Assembly: GCA_041649715.1 (NCBI GenBank)
Contig: JBAZMP010000001.1
Coordinates: 375,287-434,637, forward strand
Length of the DNA: 59,351 bases
Direction of reading: 5' to 3'
DNA from: Patescibacteria group bacterium
GTDB lineage: Bacteria > Patescibacteriota > Patescibacteriia > JAXHNJ01
In this document: piece by piece, positions 20,267 through 29,514 of the stretch
How the letters are laid out: every line of letters starts with the position of its first letter
Numbering within the stretch: the stretch's first letter is position 1
The notes under the pieces: generated by a model
What the model saw: the letters and a program-made list of their open reading frames with translations, nothing else
Told to the model about the DNA's origin: nothing
Databases searched by the model: none
Program-made: the position numbers and the translations under genes

Positions 20267-21349
20267 TTACTCGAGCTTTTTGATAAGATCGGGCTTTTTT
20301 CTTATCAACAAGCCAATAATAAAGCCCCCGTACATCTTAAGGTAATAAGGCGAGACGATTGTTTTAAGGCAGGGGATTATCGTTTTCCGCCAGTTTTGCT
20401 TTAAGCGGGTAGACCAACTTTTAAAACTATTATTTAAAAAGTTGCCGGCCGCCAGGCGGTAGAATTTTACCGGATTTAAGGTGGTTAAATCATCAGAGAT
20501 TTCTCGGATAAAACTTTTCATTTTTTCAGCCTGCTCGTTTTTTAGCAAGGAAGGATAAGTGTAGGCAGTAATTTTTATGGGTATTATTTCGTAATTTAAG
20601 GGATTATTCTGATTAATAATCAGCCTCACCATATAGCTGTAGGCAGAGGAGCTGATATCAAATTTAGTTCCGAACTGGAAATTACCTAAAGAGTAAAATA
20701 TCAATCCGTTTTTATAGGGTTCGAAGCCCTGAATGAGATGGGGATGATGGCCGAAGACAACGTCAGCACCCGCTTCAATGAGGTTTTTTGCCATTTTTTG
20801 TTGGTTCGGATGGGGATAGTGGGAATTTTCAACGCCCCAATGCAGGGAGACTATTAAAAAATCGGACACCTTTTTGATATTGCTGATATCATCGCATATT
20901 CTCTCGGGTTCAATAATGCTTAAATAATCCTTGCCCCCAAATTCGGTATAAGAAAGAAAAGCGATCTTAATATTATGGTAAAGTAAGGTTATCCATTTTT
21001 TTTCCTTTGACCCTATATAGTCGATGTTGCTTTCATCAAGCAGTCTGGTCGTGTCATTGAATCCCTTTTCTCCGCAATCAAGCAGGTGATTATTGGCGAT
21101 TGCCACGACTAAGTTTTTACTCAGATTACCAAGGTACTTTACGTTTTCGGGGCTTACCTTAATTGGAAATGACTTATCGGCCCTTGTTTGTTCATTCGTA
21201 ACGGGGGATTCCAAATTGAAGAAAAGAATGTCAGATTTACTGAAATATTGTCTGATGAATTTAAAAGGATCTTCTTTTTTTTCATAAAAATCTAAAAAAG
21301 AATCGCCGGCAATTAGAATTGAAGGGTTATTTATTAAGTCATTTTTCAT
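20267..21349 (-). CDS. CapA/PgsA-family metallophosphoesterase-like protein
   Basis: IAGDSF..., ANNHLLDCG and HWGVENSHYPHPNQQKMAKNLIEAGADVVFGHHPHLIQG are the CapA-family blocks. Confidence 0.85.
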   Translation of the reverse strand: MKNDLINNPSILIAGDSFLDFYEKKEDPFKFIRQYFSKSDILFFNLESPVTNEQTRADKSFPIKVSPENVKYLGNLSKNLVVAIANNHLLDCGEKGFNDTTRLLDESNIDYIGSKEKKWITLLYHNIKIAFLSYTEFGGKDYLSIIEPERICDDISNIKKVSDFLIVSLHWGVENSHYPHPNQQKMAKNLIEAGADVVFGHHPHLIQGFEPYKNGLIFYSLGNFQFGTKFDISSSAYSYMVRLIINQNNPLNYEIIPIKITAYTYPSLLKNEQAEKMKSFIREISDDLTTLNPVKFYRLAAGNFLNNSFKSWSTRLKQNWRKTIIPCLKTIVSPYYLKMYGGFIIGLLIRKKPDLIKKLE

Positions 21350-22739
21350 GGTTTTCGAATGTATCTATCGGTAGATTTTGAATTAAGAATCGATATTTTC
21401 CGCGAGGAGTAAGGGGGATCTCATTTACAAACTGTAATTGTATAGTTAATTGTTTTTCCAGCTTGTTCTCTAATTCTTGTAGTATAGTATTTGTGTCCTC
21501 TCTAGCGTAGCTATCATTTTTTATTATTTTTAATAGTAGCTTTCCCGGTTCATTTTGAATAAATTGAAATTGTTTTACGTTTTTGAAAATTGGAGAATGC
21601 GTGGCAAAGATGAGGGCGGTCATTGTGATGAGATTGCCGAGTTTAGTAATTATCATTTCCTGCTTGCGTCCTATGATTTCCGAGTAGAGTTTTAGTTTCC
21701 GGCCGCAGGAACATAGCTTGTTGGTATAGGTAGCCAGATCTTCGGAGCGATATCTGATCAAGGGCATAGCCCTGTTGGTGAAAACAGTGCTAACAATTTC
21801 TCCGCTTCCCCCCTCTTCCTTTATATCATTTCCTTTCGTATCGACAAGTTCAGTCAAGCTATATTCCATAAAATCATGATAACCTTCATGTTTAGCGCAT
21901 TCTCCCAAAATTGTTGCTTGTTCGGAATTGCCGTATTTGTCAAAGACTTTACAGCGATACGCTTGTTCTAAAAAATTTCTCTGGCTATCGTATAGATTTT
22001 CTGAACTAGTGGAAATAGCTTTTAAAAAACCCTCCTGGTTAAATTTGATTTTTTTTTCTTTAATATAACGAGCCAAGACCGTAGCCGAGGAGGGGTAGGC
22101 ACGGATAATTTTTGGCCTGAATCCGTTTATTAAATCAAGATATTTTTTGAGATTATCTTCTGTCATTTTGTATGCGGAAAGAATGAGATAATTGTTTACT
22201 GGGTCGTAAAGGGAGATTCTGTTCTTTAAGACCCTTCCTCTTAATACGACACAGGGTTCTCTGAAATGATAGTCCATCCAGTTCCAAGCTCTCCATTCGA
22301 AGGCAAAACGAATAAGATTTGTCTTTTTCTCAATGAATAGACCCACGGGAATCGCAGTTGAGCCTCCAGTGGTGACATATTCCGTATCTTTTTTTGCCAC
22401 ATTTCTTGCTATTAAATCGCTTAGGTTTTTCCTAACAATTTCTTTATTCAAAAAGGGAATTTTTTTAATATCTTCCAGATTTTTGATATCTTCTGGTTTT
22501 ATTGCGTTTTCTTTAAAGACGCGATTGTAATAGGGAATGTTATCATAGGCATGCTTTATTATCCGCTTGAGGTTCGATAATTGATATTCTTCAAGCTCAG
22601 ATTTTGTCCACCACTGAGACTTTTCTAAAAGGTCATAATATTCTTTAAAAATCCGGCCATATCGCCCGGGAATCGGTCGAAGAACGGCGTCAACTTTATT
22701 GATTATTGGTTGTAAGAATTTCGGCGGAGTGAAAAGCAT
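21339..22739 (-). CDS. second CapK/PaaK-like adenylate-forming enzyme
   Basis: TTGGSTAIPV P-loop, IRYRSEDLA and C-terminal TPRGKYRF. Same architecture as 10644..11978 but clearly diverged. Confidence 0.8.
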   Translation of the reverse strand: MLFTPPKFLQPIINKVDAVLRPIPGRYGRIFKEYYDLLEKSQWWTKSELEEYQLSNLKRIIKHAYDNIPYYNRVFKENAIKPEDIKNLEDIKKIPFLNKEIVRKNLSDLIARNVAKKDTEYVTTGGSTAIPVGLFIEKKTNLIRFAFEWRAWNWMDYHFREPCVVLRGRVLKNRISLYDPVNNYLILSAYKMTEDNLKKYLDLINGFRPKIIRAYPSSATVLARYIKEKKIKFNQEGFLKAISTSSENLYDSQRNFLEQAYRCKVFDKYGNSEQATILGECAKHEGYHDFMEYSLTELVDTKGNDIKEEGGSGEIVSTVFTNRAMPLIRYRSEDLATYTNKLCSCGRKLKLYSEIIGRKQEMIITKLGNLITMTALIFATHSPIFKNVKQFQFIQNEPGKLLLKIIKNDSYAREDTNTILQELENKLEKQLTIQLQFVNEIPLTPRGKYRFLIQNLPIDTFENHEK

Positions 22740-22742
22740 AGT

Positions 22743-24809
22743 TTATAATTGGTTTTTGAATATATCTTTTTTCGTTCCCGTGGCCAGAAAATAAGTTTCA
22801 AATTCAGATGACCCGGATATGATAGTTGATAAAATCAAGCGCTTACTTTCCCTTTTTATGCCATAGCTGGGGGAAATAAAACCGTTGACGATTTTTTCCT
22901 CGAACCCACCGGGCAGGATAATTGATATTTGTTCTTGGTCTTTCCGCGCCAGGTATATATGAGGGGATATTTCCTTTATTTCAACCTCGCAATTAAAGTG
23001 CAGATTTAATTCTATTTTGTGATTTCCTTCGGTCTTGATAATATCCTTGATTAAAAGAGAGCCGGTTTTTTTATCAAGATAAAACTGGCGACGAAGAATG
23101 ACGGAATTTTTCAGGCGACGATAAGCAGAGTGTGAAAGATCGATAAAGGAAAACTGTTCGGCTTGCTGATGCCCTAAGAGTCGGCAGCTTGAATCATTTT
23201 CCAGAGCAAATAATTCTCTACCTTTGAAGCGGTTTATTTCCTGATTATCAATCATTAAGGTATTATGAGCTCTAGTGCTTCGAAATTTATTGCGCTCCTC
23301 GGGTTCCGAGGTGTAAACATAGGGACCAGAGTCAATGATATAGGTATTGCTTTTGTGGAAGTACTCAAAAGAAAACTGGTCATTGTGGGAGTGCCCGCCC
23401 CAGCCGCGCTGGCCCACCTCGCCCGCGTGAATAATCACCTTTGATTGATTGCCATGGAGTGCGTAAAAGCCGCTCTTTTCAAAAGTAATTAGTGGCTCAA
23501 ACGATTTTTGGGTTAGGGAATTATACTTATCCAATGATTCACGTCCGCCTAGCCAAATTGTCTCTGGCCAAAATTCCGAGGAAACTTTTTTAAGCTGGGG
23601 GTCTTCAAATATTATGGCGCCAAGGCAAAGGAGATAGCGGTGGTCATTGATATTCTTTCTAGTCGCCTCTGAGAAAATATGCGCCCGGCCGTCATCCGCA
23701 TCGCCGATGACCGGTACCCGGCCGTCAGGCTTGGTAATGGCGGCGGTGAAAAGAAGGGCTTTATGCAGCCTTTCCTTGACATTCTTGGGAATTTCATGGC
23801 CGTTTATTTGAAGAAGAAGAACGGCGGAAAGACTTAATTCAAGAACCAGGCGATGATAGGCGGTTGATTGTTCAAAATTCGCCCCATCCGGCTCAAATTG
23901 CTTGATTATCTCCTGGAAGATATATTTTTTGGCTTCTTTCAACCATTTTTGGCTTTCTTTCACTTCAGGGAGAAATACCGCGGCATAGAGCAGACCGACG
24001 ACATCAGAAAAAAAATGATTGCCCAGAACGGGGCCAAATTCAAGGTGGCGAGAGATATATAGACCGTGAGCATAAATATTAGCGAGATAGGAGTATTGTT
24101 CTTCATCGGAGAAATCCGGGGAGAAACAGAAAAAGTAGTAGGCCCAGATCCAGTTGATTACCCGGATACCCGCCTCCATGGTTGTTTTCCAGTTTATGCC
24201 GTAACCAACCGGATTTTCTTCCGTCCAGCTTTTTGCCTGTTTTACAAATTCCCGGGCGTATTTATCATCGTTTGTGTATAAATAAGCCTGGCCAAGAGTG
24301 ATAAAATGATAAGCTCGGCTTAATTCCCAGGGGATTTTAATATCATAGGGAATATCTTTGTCCCAGATTTTATATTTTATAAGTAGAGTGGGAATTTTCG
24401 GCCACTTAAAGCCTGTTTTAAAATCTTCGTGCCAGGGCAGGGGATCGGAAAGCTTTTTGGGCCCGGAACCCAGAAGATCGAATGTGTGGTCAAGGTATCT
24501 GTCAGCTTGGGCAATTGTGTCATTGGCGTCTTGGGGAAATAAATTTCGCAGAGCCGAGCGATATTCTGACTTGAGTTTTTCGGAGATAAAAAATTTCGGC
24601 CCCTCTCTTCTTTTGAAGTGGGCGATGATTTCCGCCGGACTGGTTTTTATAATTAGGGCATTGTTGAAAATGTCTTCATTCATATCCGGCCCTTGTTTTA
24701 TGTGTCTTTCAAGCTCCTTTTTTTTTAACACCCGGGTTTGTTCCATTCTCCAGAGAAGAAACCAAGAATTTGAAGATATTATTTTAATGTATTTTATGAT
24801 TTTTTTCAT
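22743..24809 (-). CDS. heparinase II/III-like protein (alginate-lyase-like N-domain plus Hepar_II_III C-domain)
   Basis: WELSRAYHFITLGQAY, NHFFSDVVGL and GWGGHSHNDQFSFE (the GH.HxD block) are typical of this family. Confidence 0.8.
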   Translation of the reverse strand: MKKIIKYIKIISSNSWFLLWRMEQTRVLKKKELERHIKQGPDMNEDIFNNALIIKTSPAEIIAHFKRREGPKFFISEKLKSEYRSALRNLFPQDANDTIAQADRYLDHTFDLLGSGPKKLSDPLPWHEDFKTGFKWPKIPTLLIKYKIWDKDIPYDIKIPWELSRAYHFITLGQAYLYTNDDKYAREFVKQAKSWTEENPVGYGINWKTTMEAGIRVINWIWAYYFFCFSPDFSDEEQYSYLANIYAHGLYISRHLEFGPVLGNHFFSDVVGLLYAAVFLPEVKESQKWLKEAKKYIFQEIIKQFEPDGANFEQSTAYHRLVLELSLSAVLLLQINGHEIPKNVKERLHKALLFTAAITKPDGRVPVIGDADDGRAHIFSEATRKNINDHRYLLCLGAIIFEDPQLKKVSSEFWPETIWLGGRESLDKYNSLTQKSFEPLITFEKSGFYALHGNQSKVIIHAGEVGQRGWGGHSHNDQFSFEYFHKSNTYIIDSGPYVYTSEPEERNKFRSTRAHNTLMIDNQEINRFKGRELFALENDSSCRLLGHQQAEQFSFIDLSHSAYRRLKNSVILRRQFYLDKKTGSLLIKDIIKTEGNHKIELNLHFNCEVEIKEISPHIYLARKDQEQISIILPGGFEEKIVNGFISPSYGIKRESKRLILSTIISGSSEFETYFLATGTKKDIFKNQL

Positions 24810-27666
24810 TGAATTGTATCATGTTTAGGATACGATCTGCATTATGTTGCCAGGTGTAATTATTAATCAATTTTTCCCTGGCCCCCTTGCCGATTTTTTC
24901 GCGCAGACTTTTGTCATCTGATATTCTTATGATTGCCTCGGCCAGTTGATCAACATTTCCCGGCTCGACTAAGAGCGCGCTTTTTTCATCTTCTAGGACC
25001 TGGCCGATTTGGGCTAAGCTTGAGGCGACAATCGGTTTGCCCATGGCCATATACTCGAAGAGTTTGGTGGGAGAGCCGAAAAAGGGAGTATTATCGGCCA
25101 AGGGAACATGGGGCGAAACCAGGACATCACAAGCGGCCAGGTATTTCGGGATATCCTGGTGGGGGATTAATTCCGTAAAGGTAACGGAATCCTCGCAACC
25201 CGACTTTTTAATTTTATTTATTTCTTCACGCATTGATTTGCCCTTACCGATAATCAGGAAGTGGAGATTGGGATGGCCGGGGGCAATTTTTATTATGGCG
25301 TCGGTTAAGATATTCACGCCGTGCCAGACGCCGAAAGTACCGACAAAGCCATATAATATTTTATTATTTATACTTAATTTATCTCTAATTTCTCGGCCAT
25401 TGATATCGGGGCTGAATTCTTTAGGGTCTGTCCCGTTTGGGTTAACAACTATTTTAGGCGCCGGAACGCCATTGGCTATCAGTTGGTCCTTCATGTTCTG
25501 GGATACGACAAATATCAAGGTGGCGCCCCTTAAAGCCGCTTTTTCCATCAGTAAACCCAGTTTTTTAAAAATCATTGTTCCCCAATGTTTGCCTTTCCAG
25601 ACCTCGGAGCTGTTGAATTCAAGAAAAAGAGGAATCCCCAGTTTTTTGGCGAGGAGAACGCCGGTAAAGTTAAAGCGCTCATGACGCTGGTAGAGTAAAT
25701 CAGGCTTATTATGACTTAGAATTTTTTTCAGCCTTCTATAGAAATAATGATGGTAATAAATTTCCGTTAATTCGGGTAGCAGCTCAAAGTAGGCTGGTGG
25801 TCTTATGATATTGACCGGAACATCGCCCGTTTCCGTAATTTCCCCGGCGCTGTAGATTTCAATATGCCTGATTCTTTTCTTGGCCGCTTTGACAAAGCCC
25901 GTGATGTGGGAATGCGAGCCCCCGGCCTTTAGGGGAGGGCCGATAGTGCTTCTTAAAAAGGCGATTGAGATTTCGCTGGCATTTCTTCCTTTTACTGTTT
26001 TTGGCGTATCCTTAGTTATCGAATAAGCCTTTATAAACGAATGTATATGAGTGTAAGCCAAAATAAAAGAAGCGATAAGAATTTTCCCGGCAAATTCACC
26101 CAGTATTTTTAATTGTTCTGTTCTTTTAACTTTTTTCCATTCCTGATTTTGATAATATAATATATTTTTTGCCGTAATAAATAAACTGGCAAGAAGCATT
26201 CTTTTCCGAATTTTGGAGTCGGTTCCTTCACAATCTAAAATTATTTTTTGGTAAGATATCTGTTCGAGCGAAGAAAATAATGTCATTGGATCAGAAAGGA
26301 TTTTATCAATGTCGGCGTAGATATTATTCATTTCTTTAAATCTTATTTCGGAATTAAGAAGATCGCCGGTTATTACTAGGGTTTTAGAATATTCACTTTC
26401 TTTTTCCTGGTATCCAAAGGGTTTATTCAGGTAGCGTCGGTAGTATTTAAGGTAAATCACGTATACGAAGCTATTGGAGATTAAAGAAGCCACGGATGCT
26501 CCCATGGCGCCGTAGAGTTTTATTAATAAGACGTTAAAAGAAATATTGACAATGGCTTGGGTGAGAGCGATATTGCGGAGCCACTTGCCTTTTCCCTTGG
26601 CGCCAAAAAATGAAGTATAGGGCTGATATAAGCTTTGGAAAAAAACGGAGAAACTTAGGGGGAGGAGGTAATCGGCGGCCGTCAAAAAATTACTGGAAAA
26701 TAATATTAATATCACGTAACGGCCAAAAAGAAGAACCAGCAGAGAACCGAGGAAAGCCCAAAGAAAATTAGAGGCGAGTATCCGAAAAGGTATTGTTTTT
26801 TCCCGGGAAAAATCTCTAAATTTTGTCGTTCCCAGGGCGCGTGACAGCAAAAGAACTGGCGTGGTAAGGAGAACAGCGATGGAGTAAAAACCGACAAAGG
26901 TGGTATTGACGAATAAAGAAATAAATATATTGTCAAGGTTGTAAGTAGAAACGCCAATTACCCGGCCGAAGTAAACGTGCCGCCCATATTCTTTTGTTTC
27001 CTTGATAATCCGCTTTATTTTTTGTTTGACATCAGAGAATAGCGGCTTTAGCTGTATGGCTAACCATATGGTCAAAGCGGCAATGCTAGATATATTCAGA
27101 AATAATATTAAAGTAACGGAATTATTCCTGAAAATTAAGTTCGCCAAAAGCAGGAAAAAGTATAGGACGCTTGGTCCCGCGACGTATATGGAGAGATATT
27201 TGATCTGGTTGGTTCCCTGGCAGATTAAAACCATTAAATATTCAATTGGCAGAAAAAAAGCCAGGGGGGCTATCAGTCTTAAGATACCGGCGATAGAAGT
27301 TTTGAATATGGGGTCAATAAAGAAACTTATGCCCAAGACAGAAAGTGAGTATATCAATCCAATACAGAGAGCGATTAGAAAAAGACCGCCGATAAAGGCC
27401 CTTCTTTCGCGGTATTCTTTGGTAACGGCCAAAATGCGCGCGCCAGCGGAAAAAAATCCGAATTCAAAAAACATGGCCGTTAATGAAAGAACGGAAAGGG
27501 TAAAAGCAAGAACGCCGTAGCTTGCCGGGCCCAAAACTCGTGTGTTGATCATGGTGATACCGGTGCCAAAGAGAATTACAACGATTCTAGAACCATATAA
27601 CAAACCGATCTGCTTGGCAGAACGGCTTTTAATCATTTCCCTTACTGAAGCAATAATCGGTCTCAT
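24784..27666 (-). CDS. fusion protein: Wzx/MOP-type polysaccharide flippase (N, ~420 aa), linker with TM segment, and GT4 glycosyltransferase (C, ~360 aa)
   Basis: The N-half has 12 or more hydrophobic helices starting LLYGSRIVVILFGTGITMINTRVLGPASYGVLAF. The C-half has GFVGTFGVWHG..., FFGSPTKLFEYMAMGKPIVASSLAQIGQVLED...ALLV. It is one uninterrupted 960-codon frame. Confidence 0.8.
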   Translation of the reverse strand: MRPIIASVREMIKSRSAKQIGLLYGSRIVVILFGTGITMINTRVLGPASYGVLAFTLSVLSLTAMFFEFGFFSAGARILAVTKEYRERRAFIGGLFLIALCIGLIYSLSVLGISFFIDPIFKTSIAGILRLIAPLAFFLPIEYLMVLICQGTNQIKYLSIYVAGPSVLYFFLLLANLIFRNNSVTLILFLNISSIAALTIWLAIQLKPLFSDVKQKIKRIIKETKEYGRHVYFGRVIGVSTYNLDNIFISLFVNTTFVGFYSIAVLLTTPVLLLSRALGTTKFRDFSREKTIPFRILASNFLWAFLGSLLVLLFGRYVILILFSSNFLTAADYLLPLSFSVFFQSLYQPYTSFFGAKGKGKWLRNIALTQAIVNISFNVLLIKLYGAMGASVASLISNSFVYVIYLKYYRRYLNKPFGYQEKESEYSKTLVITGDLLNSEIRFKEMNNIYADIDKILSDPMTLFSSLEQISYQKIILDCEGTDSKIRKRMLLASLFITAKNILYYQNQEWKKVKRTEQLKILGEFAGKILIASFILAYTHIHSFIKAYSITKDTPKTVKGRNASEISIAFLRSTIGPPLKAGGSHSHITGFVKAAKKRIRHIEIYSAGEITETGDVPVNIIRPPAYFELLPELTEIYYHHYFYRRLKKILSHNKPDLLYQRHERFNFTGVLLAKKLGIPLFLEFNSSEVWKGKHWGTMIFKKLGLLMEKAALRGATLIFVVSQNMKDQLIANGVPAPKIVVNPNGTDPKEFSPDINGREIRDKLSINNKILYGFVGTFGVWHGVNILTDAIIKIAPGHPNLHFLIIGKGKSMREEINKIKKSGCEDSVTFTELIPHQDIPKYLAACDVLVSPHVPLADNTPFFGSPTKLFEYMAMGKPIVASSLAQIGQVLEDEKSALLVEPGNVDQLAEAIIRISDDKSLREKIGKGAREKLINNYTWQHNADRILNMIQFNEKNHKIH

Positions 27667-27706
27667 TGATATTTAGAAATTGATCACCAAGAGTAATTAT
27701 TAAATA

Positions 27707-28648
27707 TTAATTGATACTCTGTTTTTTAGCTATAATTATTATTTGGTTTCCTTTGTTGTTAATTTGAGTCATTAGATTCGGCAAATAGAAAATTAACTGG
27801 GTAAGTTTAGAATATTTAATAAAATTGAATAGTTTTTTTAAAATATGAATATACGAATTTTTTTGCACCTCTACATTTATTTTTTTATTTGTAGGTTGCC
27901 CAGTATTGTTTTTATTTTGCTTACGATTCATAATCGATTCGATTATTTCTTCAAGCATTATTGGAAAATAAGTTTTTGTTTTGATCTTAATTACTAAGAA
28001 TTTTTTAAGTCCTAATAATTTTGTTAAACTTTTCGGAGTGTAAATTATTCGATGATCTTTTCCATAATACATACCCCCGATCCTTTTTCTCCAGAATGAG
28101 TGAGGATTCCAGCTTTTTAGATTTGGAGTTTCTAAAATAATTATTCCATCGTCTTTAAGTAATTTATGAATTCGATTTAGAAAATCCTCCGGGTCCCTTA
28201 GGTGTTCGATTATTTGAGTAGCGACAACAACATCAAATTTTTTGCTAGTATTATATTGAGTTATTGCCGTATGTTCATAATTTCCATTGTTGTTATTTCT
28301 GGCAAATTCTATCACTTCTTTAGATGAATCAATGCCGGTTGCCTCAAAATTATTTTGGTGAAGTAAATTTACTAAAATTCCCGCCCCACAGCCTAAATCT
28401 AAAACTGTTCCCTCCTTTTTTATTTTTGTAATCAATTTAGCAATATAATTAGCCTTTATTTTGTTAATATTCGAGTGATACTGACTATAAACCCAATTGT
28501 CGCTATATTCAAAAATGGGCATATTCTTTTCTGCTCTTGTCGCTATGGCACAGTTTGGGCAGTAATAAAAGTTTTCTATCAGTTTTTCACTCAAATTATT
28601 ATTGCAAAAATGGCAGTTTATGGTTTTGTATTTATCGCAATCTAACAT
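27707..28648 (-). CDS. class I SAM methyltransferase with N-terminal Cys-rich zinc-ribbon
   Basis: CHFCNN...CPNC, then VLDLGCGAGILV (motif I) and DVVVATQIIEHLRDP. Very AT-rich. Confidence 0.8.
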   Translation of the reverse strand: MLDCDKYKTINCHFCNNNLSEKLIENFYYCPNCAIATRAEKNMPIFEYSDNWVYSQYHSNINKIKANYIAKLITKIKKEGTVLDLGCGAGILVNLLHQNNFEATGIDSSKEVIEFARNNNNGNYEHTAITQYNTSKKFDVVVATQIIEHLRDPEDFLNRIHKLLKDDGIIILETPNLKSWNPHSFWRKRIGGMYYGKDHRIIYTPKSLTKLLGLKKFLVIKIKTKTYFPIMLEEIIESIMNRKQNKNNTGQPTNKKINVEVQKNSYIHILKKLFNFIKYSKLTQLIFYLPNLMTQINNKGNQIIIIAKKQSIN

Positions 28649-28704
28649 TTGTTTGGCATTTTATAGTCGATGATGAGCCGGTAAATGAAATACGATTATT
28701 GGAA

Positions 28705-29514
28705 TTATTTTTTTTGGGCAATAACGAGCAGGCTGTCTGCGTATTTGTCTCCGAATACCTTCTGGGAAATTTCAAGAATTTTAACAATTGAATTTTTGGA
28801 ATTACTTTTTTTGTTGAACGGTATGAATTTCAAAATTTCGAAATCTGTGTTTTTAAACAAATACAAAACCTCATTATAATTCATGAGCCGATGGTGCCCC
28901 TCAAAAGGATATTCAGAGAGAAAATAGTCGGCATAATTGCCCATTGGGTTAGTTCCGGATATTAAAAAATTTATCCTTCGTTTAAAAGAGGCTAGATTGG
29001 GAACTTCAAAAATAAATTTGCCGTCTTTTTTTAGTAAGCTGTGTATGGACTTAAAAAGTTCTTGGGGCGATCCGAGTAAATGTTCGACTACCGCAATCAA
29101 GTTTATATAATCAAAACTGCCGAGTTTTTTAATTTCCGCTTTATCAATTATATCAAGATCATAAAAATCAATATTATTTTTCTCAAGGCATTTAATTACT
29201 GGTTTGTAAGTGTCACCATAAAATTCAGTTTTTTCTACTGTAACAACTTTATATCCCATTTTTTTAAGACCAAGCGGAATAGTGGGTATAAAGGTGCCGA
29301 TTTCTAAAACTCTTCCTCTTTTGCATTTATCGTAAAGACTGAAAATTCTATTATACGTCGAAAATTCTGACAATGTGAAATCTCGCAGGGGATTATTTTT
29401 ATACCTCAAGTGACCGTGGTTATATTTTGATAATTGGTCAAAATCTAAAAACTTTATAAAATCTAATTTTTTAGAGAGATATTCTTTCATCTCGTCTTCA
29501 TTATATTTATCCAT
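28705..29514 (-). CDS. probable class I SAM methyltransferase
   Basis: RVLEIGTF... is a degenerate motif I. FDYINLIAVVEHLLGSP and GKFIFEVPN are present. Very AT-rich. Confidence 0.6.
   Translation of the reverse strand: MDKYNEDEMKEYLSKKLDFIKFLDFDQLSKYNHGHLRYKNNPLRDFTLSEFSTYNRIFSLYDKCKRGRVLEIGTFIPTIPLGLKKMGYKVVTVEKTEFYGDTYKPVIKCLEKNNIDFYDLDIIDKAEIKKLGSFDYINLIAVVEHLLGSPQELFKSIHSLLKKDGKFIFEVPNLASFKRRINFLISGTNPMGNYADYFLSEYPFEGHHRLMNYNEVLYLFKNTDFEILKFIPFNKKSNSKNSIVKILEISQKVFGDKYADSLLVIAQKK

Noticed and set aside
20267-21349. CapA as evidence for poly-gamma-glutamate capsule synthesis
   Set aside because: No CapB/PgsB ligase or CapC/PgsC is present in the window. CapA-family metallophosphoesterase-like proteins also occur on their own in polysaccharide loci.
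24358-25684. Plus-strand ORFs 24358..24828 (156 aa) and 25037..25684 (215 aa); also 27002..27520, 4082..4519, 5859..6440, 3104..3481 and 50430..50816
   Set aside because: All lie antisense inside long genes with clear family motifs. Their low-complexity translations have no motifs or RBS, as expected for shadow ORFs.
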